Positions 1-8,828 of a DNA stretch of 64,000 bases are shown here, one piece after another. Position 1 is the stretch's first letter. Each line of letters begins with the position of its first letter. The stretch lies in contig CAVVLJ010000017.1 of NCBI GenBank assembly GCA_963749075.1, forward strand, positions 32,001 to 96,000, given 5' to 3'. Source of the DNA: an uncultured Pseudomonadota bacterium. Its GTDB lineage: Bacteria; Pseudomonadota; Alphaproteobacteria; JACZXZ01. Both the position numbers and the translations under genes were made by a program. The notes beneath the pieces were generated by a model. It saw nothing but the letters and a program-made list of their open reading frames with translations, was not told the DNA's origin and did no database searches.

Positions 1-1611
1 GCAGCCCAGGCCCTCGAGAGCTACCGCAAGAGCCTGGAGATCCACAAGAAGCTGACCGAGCGCAATCCCGCGGCGCAAGATCGGCAGAGGGCGCTTTCCG
101 TGGGCTACAACAAGGTCGGCGACGCGCTGCGCGCCGAGGCCGACGCGAATGGCGCGCTCGCCAGCTACCGTGCCGGCCTTGCCATCATGGCGAAGCTCGC
201 GGGGCAAGACCAGGCCAACACCATGTGGCAGCGCGACCTCGCCATCAGCCACGAGCGCATCGGCGACGTGCTGCGCGACCAGGGTGCCGCGGCCGAGGCG
301 CTCGCGAGCTATCGCAAGAGCCTCGATATCCACGAGGAGCTCGCGAGCCGCGATCCCTCCAACACGCTCTGGCAGCGCGACATCTCCGTGAGCAACGAGC
401 GCCTGGGCGACATGCTCGTCGTCCAGGGCGACTATGCGGGCGCGCTCAAGAGCTACCGCAAGGCGCTCGAGACGCGCGAGCGGCTGGCGGCGCGCGACCC
501 CTCCAACACCGACTGGCAGCGCGACCTTTCCGTGAGCGACAACAAGGTGGGGGACGCGCTGCGCGCCTCGGGCGACCAGACGGCGGCACTCGCGGCCTAC
601 CGCGCGGCCCTCGCGATCATCGAGAAGCTGGCGGCGCGCGACGCCTCCAACACGATCTGGCAGCGCGATCTCTCCATCAGCCACGAGCGCATCGGCGACG
701 TCTTCTTGGCGCAGGGGAACAAGGATGGCGCGCTCAAGAGCTACCGCACGTGCCTCGCGCTGCGAGAGAAGCTGGCGGCGCGCGACCCCGCCAACGTGGG
801 ATGGCAGTACGACGTGTCCATCAGCGAGCAGAAGATCGGCGACGTTCTGCGCGCGCAAGGCGACCAGAAGGGGGCGCTTGCCAGCTACCGCACCCAGCTC
901 GCCATCGTGGAGAAGCTGGCCGAGCGCGATCCCTCCAACGTCGGATGGCAGCGCGACGTCTCCGTGGGCGACAACCGGGTGGGCGACGTGCTGCGCTCGA
1001 CCGGCGACAACAAGGACGCCCTCGCCGTCTACCGCGCCGGCTACGACGTCATGACGAAGCTGCTCGCGCGCGATCCCGCGAACGCGCTCTGGCAGCACGA
1101 TCTTTGCGTGAGCCACGAGCGCATCGGCGACACGCTCGTGAGCACGGGCGACGCGGCGGGAGCGCTCGCCCACTATCGCCCGGAGGAGGAGGCGCTCGAG
1201 AAGCTCACGGCGCGCGACAGCGCCAACCTCACGATGCAGCGCGAGCTCGCCCTCGTCCACAACAGGATCGGAGACGCGCTCGATGCGACCGGCGACCGCG
1301 CGGGAGCACTCGCGAGCTATCGCGCCGGCGAGGAGGTGGCCGACAAGCTCGCGGCGCACGATGCGGCCAACACGCTGTGGCAGCACGACCGCGCCGTGAG
1401 CCGCGCCAAGATCGGCAACGAGCTCGCCGCCGCGAACGACCCGCAAGGGGCGCTCGCGAGCTTCCGCGCCAGCCTCGAGATCGTCGAGACCCTGGCCGCC
1501 AAGGACCCCGCCAACCGCGGCTGGCAGAACGACATCGCTTACTTGCGCGGACGGGTGGCGACGATGGAGAAGGCGGTCCCCGCCGGCCAGGCGCCCGGCC
1601 AGACGCAATGA
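1..1611 (+). CDS. TPR-like repeat protein, C-terminal part (5' end outside window)
   Basis: Frame is open from base 1. About ten 48-aa units (WQRDLSxSxxxxGDxLxxxGDxxxALxxYRxxLxxxExLAxxDPxN); TGG codons at 226, 370, 514, 658... are spaced 144 bp apart. Confidence 0.9.
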   Translation, partial: AAQALESYRKSLEIHKKLTERNPAAQDRQRALSVGYNKVGDALRAEADANGALASYRAGLAIMAKLAGQDQANTMWQRDLAISHERIGDVLRDQGAAAEALASYRKSLDIHEELASRDPSNTLWQRDISVSNERLGDMLVVQGDYAGALKSYRKALETRERLAARDPSNTDWQRDLSVSDNKVGDALRASGDQTAALAAYRAALAIIEKLAARDASNTIWQRDLSISHERIGDVFLAQGNKDGALKSYRTCLALREKLAARDPANVGWQYDVSISEQKIGDVLRAQGDQKGALASYRTQLAIVEKLAERDPSNVGWQRDVSVGDNRVGDVLRSTGDNKDALAVYRAGYDVMTKLLARDPANALWQHDLCVSHERIGDTLVSTGDAAGALAHYRPEEEALEKLTARDSANLTMQRELALVHNRIGDALDATGDRAGALASYRAGEEVADKLAAHDAANTLWQHDRAVSRAKIGNELAAANDPQGALASFRASLEIVETLAAKDPANRGWQNDIAYLRGRVATMEKAVPAGQAPGQTQ

Positions 1612-1617
1612 GCGGGG

Positions 1618-2373
1618 CTATGGCGCCGCGAGCTCGCGCTTGAGGAAGGCGATCGCGGTGTGCCGCGCCTCGATGCCCGCGGGATTCGCCGGATCGAAGT
1701 CGAATGCATGCGCGGCGCCCGCATAGATGAGCAGCTTCGCCTGCCCGCCGAGCGCGCGGGCGGTTGCAACCAGCTCCTCACCATAGGCGAACGGAACGAT
1801 GCGGTCGGCGGCGCCGTGGATCGCCAGGAGCGGCGGGAGACGCGCAATCTTGCCCGCGAGCGCTGCCGGAATGCCGCCGTAGAACACCGCGAGTGCTGCA
1901 ATTCGCGGATCGCGCGCGGCGCTCGCGACGGCGAGGAAGCCGCCATTCGAGAAGCCGGCGAGGCCGACGCGGCCGGACGAGTCTTTGCGCCCAAGGGCAT
2001 AGCCGGCAATGTCGCCGACGAGCCTCGTCCAGGCATCGAGCCGCGCCGCGAAGCGTGCGATCCGGGTCTCGCGGTCAGCGGAGCCCATCGCCGCGGCGTC
2101 GGCGGCGCTGTAATAGGAGAAGAGATAGGCGTCCATGCCCGCCTCGGCGACCGCCGTGGCGAAGCGCACATAGGGCTCGGGGTAGCCCGCGATGCCGCCA
2201 GCGCCGTGAAGGATGGGCACCGCCGGCCGCAGCCCCGCCTCCGGTGCGGCGTAGAGTTGCACGGGAACCGCCCGCTCCTCCCCCCGCACCATGAGATCGC
2301 GGGGCTCGATGTCGGCCGCCGCGGCCGGGAGCGCCAGGAGGCTGAGCAGCGGGAGGACGAGGACAATTCGCAT
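1618..2373 (-). CDS. Secreted dienelactone hydrolase-family alpha/beta hydrolase
   Basis: Signal peptide, ILHGAGG, GFSNGG nucleophile elbow, HGAADRIVP, GAAHAF. Confidence 0.8.
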   Translation of the reverse strand: MRIVLVLPLLSLLALPAAAADIEPRDLMVRGEERAVPVQLYAAPEAGLRPAVPILHGAGGIAGYPEPYVRFATAVAEAGMDAYLFSYYSAADAAAMGSADRETRIARFAARLDAWTRLVGDIAGYALGRKDSSGRVGLAGFSNGGFLAVASAARDPRIAALAVFYGGIPAALAGKIARLPPLLAIHGAADRIVPFAYGEELVATARALGGQAKLLIYAGAAHAFDFDPANPAGIEARHTAIAFLKRELAAP

Positions 2374-2506
2374 GAGAGCCCTGAGCCGAGCCTGCGGTTA
2401 CGCCATAGGCTATAGGTTGCCGTTCTCTTGTCGTCCATCGTGATTGGGGCGCCGCGGGTCCTTCCCGACGGCCAATAAGGCTTCGTTTTCCCCTGAGAGT
2501 CCCCGC

Positions 2507-2561
2507 TTGACTCGCCCGTGTTCGTCCTCTAGAACAAAAAAAGAACGAACAAATAGAGAAC
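2507..2561 (+). promoter_or_regulatory. sigma70-like promoter overlapped by two tandem alphaproteobacterial LexA boxes
   Basis: TTGACT(2507-2512)-17bp-TAGAAC(2530-2535). GAAC-aaaaaaa-GAAC (2532-2546) is immediately followed by GAAC-aaataga-GAAC (2547-2561), upstream of imuA. Confidence 0.9.
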
Positions 2562-2586
2562 ATCCACTGGAAACCCGGAGAGTGCC

Positions 2587-3363
2587 ATGAGCTATCGCCA
2601 CGATCTCGTCTCGCTCGAGGCGCTGAGGTGCCGCATCCTGGCGCTCGAGGGGACCTGGCAAGGGGCCGGGGAGGGCCGCGCGGCCTTGCCTGCGGCAGCG
2701 CTCGGCTTGGCGCCGCTCGACCGTGCGCTGCCCTGGGGCGGCCTGCCCATCGCCTGCCTCCACGAGGTCGCGGCCGGCGCCTTGGCCGATGGTGCCGCGG
2801 CCGGCTTCGCCGCCCATCTCCTCGCCCGCCTCGGTGCTGCGGAAGGTGACAGGCCGCGGCCCGTGCTGTGGTGCGCCGCGGGCGACGGGCTCTATGGGCC
2901 CGGCCTTGCCGGCTACGGCCTCGACACGCGCCGGCTCATCCTGGTGCGCGCACGCCGCCAGGCCGATCTTCTGTGGGCCATCGAGGAGGGCCTGCGCTCG
3001 GGTGCCGCCGCCGCCGTGCTCGGCGAGGTCGAGGAGGCGGATCTCACCGCCACGCGCCGCCTCCAGCTCGCCGCCGAGGCTGGCCGCGCCACGGCCCTTC
3101 TGCTGCGGCCGGCGCACAACAAGCCCGCCCCCTCGGCCGCCGTCACCGCCTGGCGCGTCGGCGCAGCCCCCGCGGGAGCGGCCTCCTGGGGCAGCGGGGT
3201 CGGCAGCATACGCTGGCGCGTCGAGCTCTTGCGCTGCCGCGGAGGATTGCCGCGTCAATGGCTAGTGGAGTGGAACAATGAGGCGAATCGTCTCGCTGTG
3301 GCTGCCGAGCTTCGCAACCGATCGATTGACGCGCCAACCGGCCTTCGCCGCCTGGCGGGCTAG
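2587..3363 (+). CDS. imuA: ImuA, RecA/SulA-like mutagenesis protein
   Basis: LDRALPWGGL..LHEV, DLLWAIEEGLRSG, RRLQLAAE, WRVELLRCRGG; overlaps imuB. Confidence 0.9.
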   Translation: MSYRHDLVSLEALRCRILALEGTWQGAGEGRAALPAAALGLAPLDRALPWGGLPIACLHEVAAGALADGAAAGFAAHLLARLGAAEGDRPRPVLWCAAGDGLYGPGLAGYGLDTRRLILVRARRQADLLWAIEEGLRSGAAAAVLGEVEEADLTATRRLQLAAEAGRATALLLRPAHNKPAPSAAVTAWRVGAAPAGAASWGSGVGSIRWRVELLRCRGGLPRQWLVEWNNEANRLAVAAELRNRSIDAPTGLRRLAG

Positions 3364-4849
3364 GCCCTTCGCCACCGCCGCCAAGGCGGGCGGGCGGCTC
3401 ATCATCATGGCCGCCAACGCGTCGGCCGAGGCCGCCGGCATCGTCCCCGGCCAGGCGCTGGCGGATGCCCGCGCGCTCGAGCCGGGATTGCGCACGGCCG
3501 ACGCCGACCCCTCTGCCGAGGCGGCCGGGCTCGCGGCACTCGCCGACTGGTGCACGCGCTATACCCCCTGGGCGGCGGCGGGCGAGCACGACGGCGGCGG
3601 TGCCGGCGGCATCTTCCTCGACATCACCGGCTGCGCCCATCTTTTCGGCGGCGAGGCGGCGATTCTGGCCGATCTCGCGGGCCGCCTCGCGGCACTCGGC
3701 ATCGCCGCGCGCGCGGCCGCCGCCTCGAGTGCCGGTGCCGCCTGGGCCGCCGCCCGCTTCGCACCCGCGGCCCGGCTCCTCATCCCCGCGGGCGGCGAGC
3801 GCCTGGCGCTCGCGGACCTCCCGGTCGCCGCCTTGCGGCTGCCGGCCGAGACGGCGGGCGGCCTCATGCGCCTTGGCCTCTGCCGCATCGGCGACCTCTA
3901 TGCGCTGCCGCGCGGCCCCTTGGCGCGCCGCTTCGGCACCCTCGTCGGCCGCCGCCTCGACCAGGCGCTCGGCCGCCTCGACGAGCCGATCTCGCCGCGC
4001 CGGCCGGTCGAGCCCTGGCGCCTGCAGCTCGCCTTTGCCGAGCCCATCCTCCGCCGCGAGGACATCGCCGCCGGCACCGAGCAGCTCACGGCAGTGCTTT
4101 GCCGCCGTTTGGCCGAGGAGATGAAGGGCGCGCGCCGGCTCGCCCTCGCCCTCTACCGCACCGACGGCAGCTGCCAGTACCTCGAGATCGGCACCAGCCG
4201 CCCGGTGCGCGAGACGCGGCACCTCATGCGCCTCTTCGCCGAGAAGCTCGACGCCCTCGACGGCACCCTCGACCCTGGCCTCGACCCTGGCCTCGGCCTC
4301 GGCCTCGACCTCATGGCGCTCTCAGCCCCCGTGGTCGAGCCCCTCGCGGCAAGCCAGATCGAGATCCTGCCGGCCGCCGACGCCGCCGCAACGCCCGACC
4401 TGGCCGCCCTCGTCGACCGCCTGGAGAACCGGCTCGGCACAGGCGAGGTGCGCCGCCTCGCCCCCGCCGCGAGCCATCTCCCCGAGCGCGCCCAGCGGCC
4501 GGCGCCGGCGCTCGCCGCGGCCGGCGAGGCGGGGAGCGGCTGGCGCAAGTGCCGGCCGCGGCCGCTGCGGCTCTTCACCCGCCCCCAGCCGGTCGATGCG
4601 GTGGCCCCCGTGCCCGACGACCCGCCCCTCCTCTTCCGCTGGCGCCAGGAGCTCCACCGCATCCGCCGCGCCGACGGCCCCGAGCGCATCGCCGGCGAAT
4701 GGTGGCGCGACGACCGCCCCTCTGAGGCCGAGGTGCGCGACTATTACCGCGTCGAGGACGAGAGGGGGCGGCGCTTCTGGCTCTACCGCGAGGGCCTCTA
4801 TAGCCCCGCGCGCGCGCCGCGCTGGTTCCTCCACGGCCTCTTCGCGTGA
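3278..4849 (+). CDS. imuB: ImuB, inactive Y-family polymerase
   Basis: RYTPW, LDITGCAHLFGGE, SHLPERA, GPERIAGEWW, RDYYRVEDERGRRFWLYR, WFLHGLFA C-terminus. Confidence 0.93.
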   Translation: MRRIVSLWLPSFATDRLTRQPAFAAWRARPFATAAKAGGRLIIMAANASAEAAGIVPGQALADARALEPGLRTADADPSAEAAGLAALADWCTRYTPWAAAGEHDGGGAGGIFLDITGCAHLFGGEAAILADLAGRLAALGIAARAAAASSAGAAWAAARFAPAARLLIPAGGERLALADLPVAALRLPAETAGGLMRLGLCRIGDLYALPRGPLARRFGTLVGRRLDQALGRLDEPISPRRPVEPWRLQLAFAEPILRREDIAAGTEQLTAVLCRRLAEEMKGARRLALALYRTDGSCQYLEIGTSRPVRETRHLMRLFAEKLDALDGTLDPGLDPGLGLGLDLMALSAPVVEPLAASQIEILPAADAAATPDLAALVDRLENRLGTGEVRRLAPAASHLPERAQRPAPALAAAGEAGSGWRKCRPRPLRLFTRPQPVDAVAPVPDDPPLLFRWRQELHRIRRADGPERIAGEWWRDDRPSEAEVRDYYRVEDERGRRFWLYREGLYSPARAPRWFLHGLFA

Positions 4850-4850
4850 C

Positions 4851-4898
4851 TTGCGATGCTGGCAAAATGCATGCATAATTGACAGCATTCTGCCAGCA
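4851..4898 (+). promoter_or_regulatory. Promoter and inverted-repeat operator of the TA pair
   Basis: TTGCGA(4851-4856)-17bp-CATAAT(4874-4879). IR arms TGCTGGCAAAATGC (4857-4870) and GCATTCTGCCAGCA (4885-4898) have one mismatch. GGAGAGG SD follows. Confidence 0.7.
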
Positions 4899-4910
4899 AA
4901 GGAGAGGGGC

Positions 4911-5144
4911 ATGGCCACCGTCACGATCCGCGATCTGGACGAGAAGGTCGTCAAGCGGCTCAAGGCGCGCGCCGCGGCCAACAAGCGCTCGCTCGAGGCC
5001 GAGCTGCGCGACGTGCTCACCGCGGTCGCGAACGATGGCCGTACCTTCGATCTGAGGGCTTACGCGGACCGCATCGCGGCGATGACTCCCAAGCGGCCCC
5101 AGAGCGATAGCGTCTCGCTGCTGCGCGAGGATCGGCGGCGATGA
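4911..5144 (+). CDS. FitA-like ribbon-helix-helix antitoxin
   Basis: MATVTIRDLDEKVVKRLKARAAANKRSLEAELRDVL; SD upstream; ATGA overlap with the PIN gene. Confidence 0.9.
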   Translation: MATVTIRDLDEKVVKRLKARAAANKRSLEAELRDVLTAVANDGRTFDLRAYADRIAAMTPKRPQSDSVSLLREDRRR

Positions 5145-5560
5145 TTTTCGTCGTGGATGCCAGCGTTGCCATCAAATGGTTCGTGGAAGAGGCCGGGCGC
5201 GAAGCGGCGCGCCGGCTGCTCGATAAGCCCGAAACCTTGCATGCACCGGATTTCCTCGTTCCCGAGTGCACCAACATCGCCTGGAAAAAGGCCTCGCGCC
5301 GCGAGATCGGCCGCGGCCAGGCCGTCGCGATCGCCCAGGCGATCCGACACGGCGTGCCGGTGCTCTACCCTTCCGTCTTGTTCCACGAGCGCGCGCTCGA
5401 ACTGGCCTTCGCTCTCGATCATTCCGTCTATGACTGCCTTTATCTCGCGTGCGCCGAGATACTCGGCGGCATTCTCGTCAGCGCCGACATGGCATTTCTC
5501 GAGGTGGCGCGGAAGGCCGGCTTCGCCGCGCAGCTGCAACCTCTCCCGGCCGGCCCATGA
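5141..5560 (+). CDS. vapC: VapC/FitB-type PIN-domain toxin
   Basis: VVDASVAIKWF, PEC, VYDCLYLA, LVSAD: the acidic PIN residues are present. Confidence 0.9.
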   Translation: MIFVVDASVAIKWFVEEAGREAARRLLDKPETLHAPDFLVPECTNIAWKKASRREIGRGQAVAIAQAIRHGVPVLYPSVLFHERALELAFALDHSVYDCLYLACAEILGGILVSADMAFLEVARKAGFAAQLQPLPAGP

Positions 5561-8500
5561 CCCCCTACGCCGAGCTGCAGGTGACGAGCAACTTCAGCTT
5601 CCTGCGCGGCGCCTCGCATCCGGAGGAGCTCGTGGAGTGCGCGGCCGAGCTCGGCCATAAGGCCATCGCCTTGACCGACCGCAACTCGCTCGCCGGCATC
5701 GTGCGCGCGCACACGGCGGCACGGCGGCTGGGTTTGCGCCTCGTGGTGGGTGCTCGCCTCGATCTCGAGGACGCGCCGAGCCTCCTTGTCTATCCCGCCG
5801 ACCGCGCCGCCTACGCCCGGCTCTCGACCCTCCTCACCCTCGGCAAGCGCCGCGCGAGCAAGGGCAAGTGCCGCCTGACCCTCGCCGATTTCCTCACCCA
5901 TGCCGATGGTCAGCTCGTGGCCGCACTCCCGCCGGAGGACTTGGATGGCGAGGGCTTCGCGCGCACCCTCGCGGAGCTCCGCTCGGCACTCGGCGACCGC
6001 CTCTATCTCGCCGCCCACCACCTCTACCGCGGCGACGACGGGGCGCGCTTAGCCCGCCTCGCCGACCTCGCCGAACGCCTCCGCGCTCCCCTCCTCGCCA
6101 CCAACGACGTGCATGCGCACGCCCCGGCGCGCCGGGCGCTCCAGGACGTGCTCACCTGCATCCGCGAGAAATGCACGATCGAGGAGGCCGGCTTCCGCCT
6201 CTTCGCCAATGCCGAGCGCCATCTCAAGCCGCCCGCGGAGATGGCACGCCTCTTCCGCGGCCATGCGCAAGCGCTCGCCCGCACGGAGGAGATTGCCGCG
6301 CGCGCACACTTCTCCCTCGAGGAGCTGCGCTACGAATATCCGGCCGATCCCTGTCCCGAGGGTCTCTCGCCGCAGGAGCATCTCGCGCGCGAGAGCTGGG
6401 CGGGGGCGGCCGTGCGCTACCCCAAGGGCGTTCCCGCCAAGGTGAAGGCGCAGCTCGAGCACGAGCTCAGGCTCATCGGCCAGCTCGGCTATGCGCCCTA
6501 TTTCCTCACCGTCCACGACATCGTGCGCTTCGCGCGCGGCCGCGGCATCCTCTGCCAGGGCCGCGGCTCCGCCGCCAACTCGGCGGCGTGCTACTGCCTC
6601 GGCATCACCGCGGTCGATCCCAACCGGCTCGACCTGCTCTTCGAGCGCTTCGTCAGCGCCGCGCGCAACGAGCCGCCCGACATCGACGTCGACTTCGAGC
6701 ACGAGCGGCGCGAGGAGGTCATCCAGTACATCTACGCCAAGTACGGCCGCGAGCGCGCCGGCCTCGCCGCCACGGTGATCCGCTACCGCGCCAAGAGCGC
6801 CGTGCGCGACGTGGGCAAGGCGATGGGCCTCTCCCTCGACATGGTGGGAGCGCTCGCCGACACCGTCTGGGGGTGGAGCGAGGACGGCATCGATCCACGC
6901 CGCGTGCGCGAGCTCGGCCTCGATCCCGGCGAGCGCCGCTTGAAGACCACGCTGGCGCTCGCGGCCGAGCTCTGCGGCTTCCCGCGCCATCTCTCGCAGC
7001 ACGTGGGCGGCTTCGTCATCACCCGGAGCCCGCTCTCCGAGCTGGTGCCGATCGAGAACGCCGCCATGCCGGAAAGGACCATGATCGAGTGGGACAAGGA
7101 CGACCTCGACGCCCTCGGCATGCTCAAGATCGACGTGCTGGCGCTCGGCATGCTCACCTGCATCGGCAAGAGCTTCGCCCTCCTCGAGCGGCACAAGGGC
7201 GAGAGGCTCGATCTCGCGAGCGTGCCTCCTGAGGACCCGGCGGTCTACGACATGCTGTGCCGGGCGGACTCGATCGGCGTCTTCCAGGTCGAGAGCCGCG
7301 CCCAGATGAGTTTCCTCCCGCGCATGAAGCCGCGCAATTTCTACGACCTCGTCATCGAGGTGGCGATCGTGCGGCCGGGCCCCATCCAGGGCGACATGGT
7401 GCATCCCTATCTCCGCCGCCGCACCGGCGAGGAGGCGGTCGAGTATCCCTCGGAGGGCTTGCGCCAGGTGCTCGCCAAGACCTTGGGCGTGCCGCTCTTC
7501 CAGGAGCAGGCGATGAAGATCGCCATCGTCGCCGCGGGCTTCACGCCCAGCGAGGCCGACCAGCTCCGCCGCGCCATGGCGACCTTCCGCCACAGCGGCA
7601 AGATCCACGGCTTCCGCGTCAAGATGATCGAGGGCATGGTGGCGCGCGGCTATGCGCGCGGCTTCGCCGAGCGCTGCTTTCGCCAGATCGAGGGCTTCGG
7701 CGAGTACGGCTTTCCCGAGAGCCACGCCGCGAGCTTCGCCCTCCTCGTCTATGTCTCGGCCTGGCTCAAGTGCCGTCATCCCGAGGTCTTCGCCGCCGCC
7801 CTCCTCAACAGCCAGCCCATGGGCTTCTATGCCCCGGCCCAGATCGTGCGCGACGCCCGCGAGCACGGCGTAGAAGTGCGCCCCGCCGACGTGAACCACA
7901 GCCAGTGGGACTGCACGCTGGAGGTCCCCCCCTCCCTACCCTCCCCCTCAAGGGGGGAGGGGAATTTTGGGGCGAACGCGAACAGTCCCCCTCCCCTCTT
8001 GAGGGGGAGGGTTGGGGTGGGGGGTGCTTCACGCGCCGACGATCCCGCATATGCAAACCCCCATGCCCTCCGTCTCGGCTTCCGCCAGGTGAAGGGGCTC
8101 AGGGAAAGCGATATCGCGCGCCTCGTTGCCGCGCGCGGCCAAGGCTACGGCGAGCCGGCGGCGCTGCAGCGGCGCGCGCGGCTCGGCCTCGCCGCCCTCG
8201 AGCGCTTAGCCCAGGCCGATGCCTTCGGCTCGCTCGGGCTCGAGCGGCGTGCTGCTCTCTGGGCCGTGCAGGCGCTCGACGAGACCCCGCTGCCGCTCTT
8301 CGCGGCATTGGAGGGCCGCATCGCCTTGCCCGAGCCCGAGGCGGCACTGCCGCAGGCGAGCCTCGGCGAGGAGGTGGCGGCGGATTACAGGGCGCTCAGG
8401 CTCTCGCTCAAGAGCCATCCCCTGGCACTCTTGCGCGAGCGCCTGGCACGGGAGGGTGCCGTGCCCGCGGTGGCACTCGCAGAGGTGGCCGACGGCGCGC

Positions 8501-8817
8501 GCGTCACCGTGGCCGGGCTCGTGCTCGTGCGCCAGCGGCCGGGCAGTGCGGCGGGCGTCATCTTCGCAACCCTCGAGGACGAGACCGGCCCGGCCAACGT
8601 CATCATCTGGCCCAGCATCTTCGAGCGCTTCCACCGGGTGGTGCTCGCCTCGCGGCTCATGGCCGTGAGCGGGCGCCTCCAGCGCGAGGGCATCGTCATC
8701 CACGTGATAGCCGAGCGCCTCCTCGACCTCTCGCACCATCTCGCGAGCCTCACGGCGCCGCCCGCGGACGCCACCGAGACTCCGGGCCGCCTCTACCCCT
8801 CGCGCGACTTCCGCTGA
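5557..8817 (+). CDS. dnaE2: Error-prone DNA polymerase DnaE2 (ImuC)
   Basis: YAELQVTSNFSFLRGASHPEEL, GRGSAANS, PPDIDVDFEHERREE, HLSQHVGGF, GFPESHA, C-terminal SRDFR motif. Confidence 0.97.
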   Translation: MTPYAELQVTSNFSFLRGASHPEELVECAAELGHKAIALTDRNSLAGIVRAHTAARRLGLRLVVGARLDLEDAPSLLVYPADRAAYARLSTLLTLGKRRASKGKCRLTLADFLTHADGQLVAALPPEDLDGEGFARTLAELRSALGDRLYLAAHHLYRGDDGARLARLADLAERLRAPLLATNDVHAHAPARRALQDVLTCIREKCTIEEAGFRLFANAERHLKPPAEMARLFRGHAQALARTEEIAARAHFSLEELRYEYPADPCPEGLSPQEHLARESWAGAAVRYPKGVPAKVKAQLEHELRLIGQLGYAPYFLTVHDIVRFARGRGILCQGRGSAANSAACYCLGITAVDPNRLDLLFERFVSAARNEPPDIDVDFEHERREEVIQYIYAKYGRERAGLAATVIRYRAKSAVRDVGKAMGLSLDMVGALADTVWGWSEDGIDPRRVRELGLDPGERRLKTTLALAAELCGFPRHLSQHVGGFVITRSPLSELVPIENAAMPERTMIEWDKDDLDALGMLKIDVLALGMLTCIGKSFALLERHKGERLDLASVPPEDPAVYDMLCRADSIGVFQVESRAQMSFLPRMKPRNFYDLVIEVAIVRPGPIQGDMVHPYLRRRTGEEAVEYPSEGLRQVLAKTLGVPLFQEQAMKIAIVAAGFTPSEADQLRRAMATFRHSGKIHGFRVKMIEGMVARGYARGFAERCFRQIEGFGEYGFPESHAASFALLVYVSAWLKCRHPEVFAAALLNSQPMGFYAPAQIVRDAREHGVEVRPADVNHSQWDCTLEVPPSLPSPSRGEGNFGANANSPPPLLRGRVGVGGASRADDPAYANPHALRLGFRQVKGLRESDIARLVAARGQGYGEPAALQRRARLGLAALERLAQADAFGSLGLERRAALWAVQALDETPLPLFAALEGRIALPEPEAALPQASLGEEVAADYRALRLSLKSHPLALLRERLAREGAVPAVALAEVADGARVTVAGLVLVRQRPGSAAGVIFATLEDETGPANVIIWPSIFERFHRVVLASRLMAVSGRLQREGIVIHVIAERLLDLSHHLASLTAPPADATETPGRLYPSRDFR
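7926..8024. repeat. 99-bp palindromic REP/RPE-like element, in frame inside dnaE2
   Basis: Arms CCCCCCCTCCCTACCCTCCCCCTCAAGGGGGGAGGGGA and TCCCCCTCCCCTCTTGAGGGGGAGGGTTGGGGTGGGGGG; encodes PPSLPSPSRGEG...PPPLLRGRVGVG. Confidence 0.8.
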
Positions 8818-8828
8818 GCGGCAGCTCC

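Noticed and set aside
1-1611. 144-bp periodicity as a possible CRISPR or non-coding array
   Set aside because: Degenerate, in-frame protein repeats; no identical repeat/unique spacer pattern and no cas genes.
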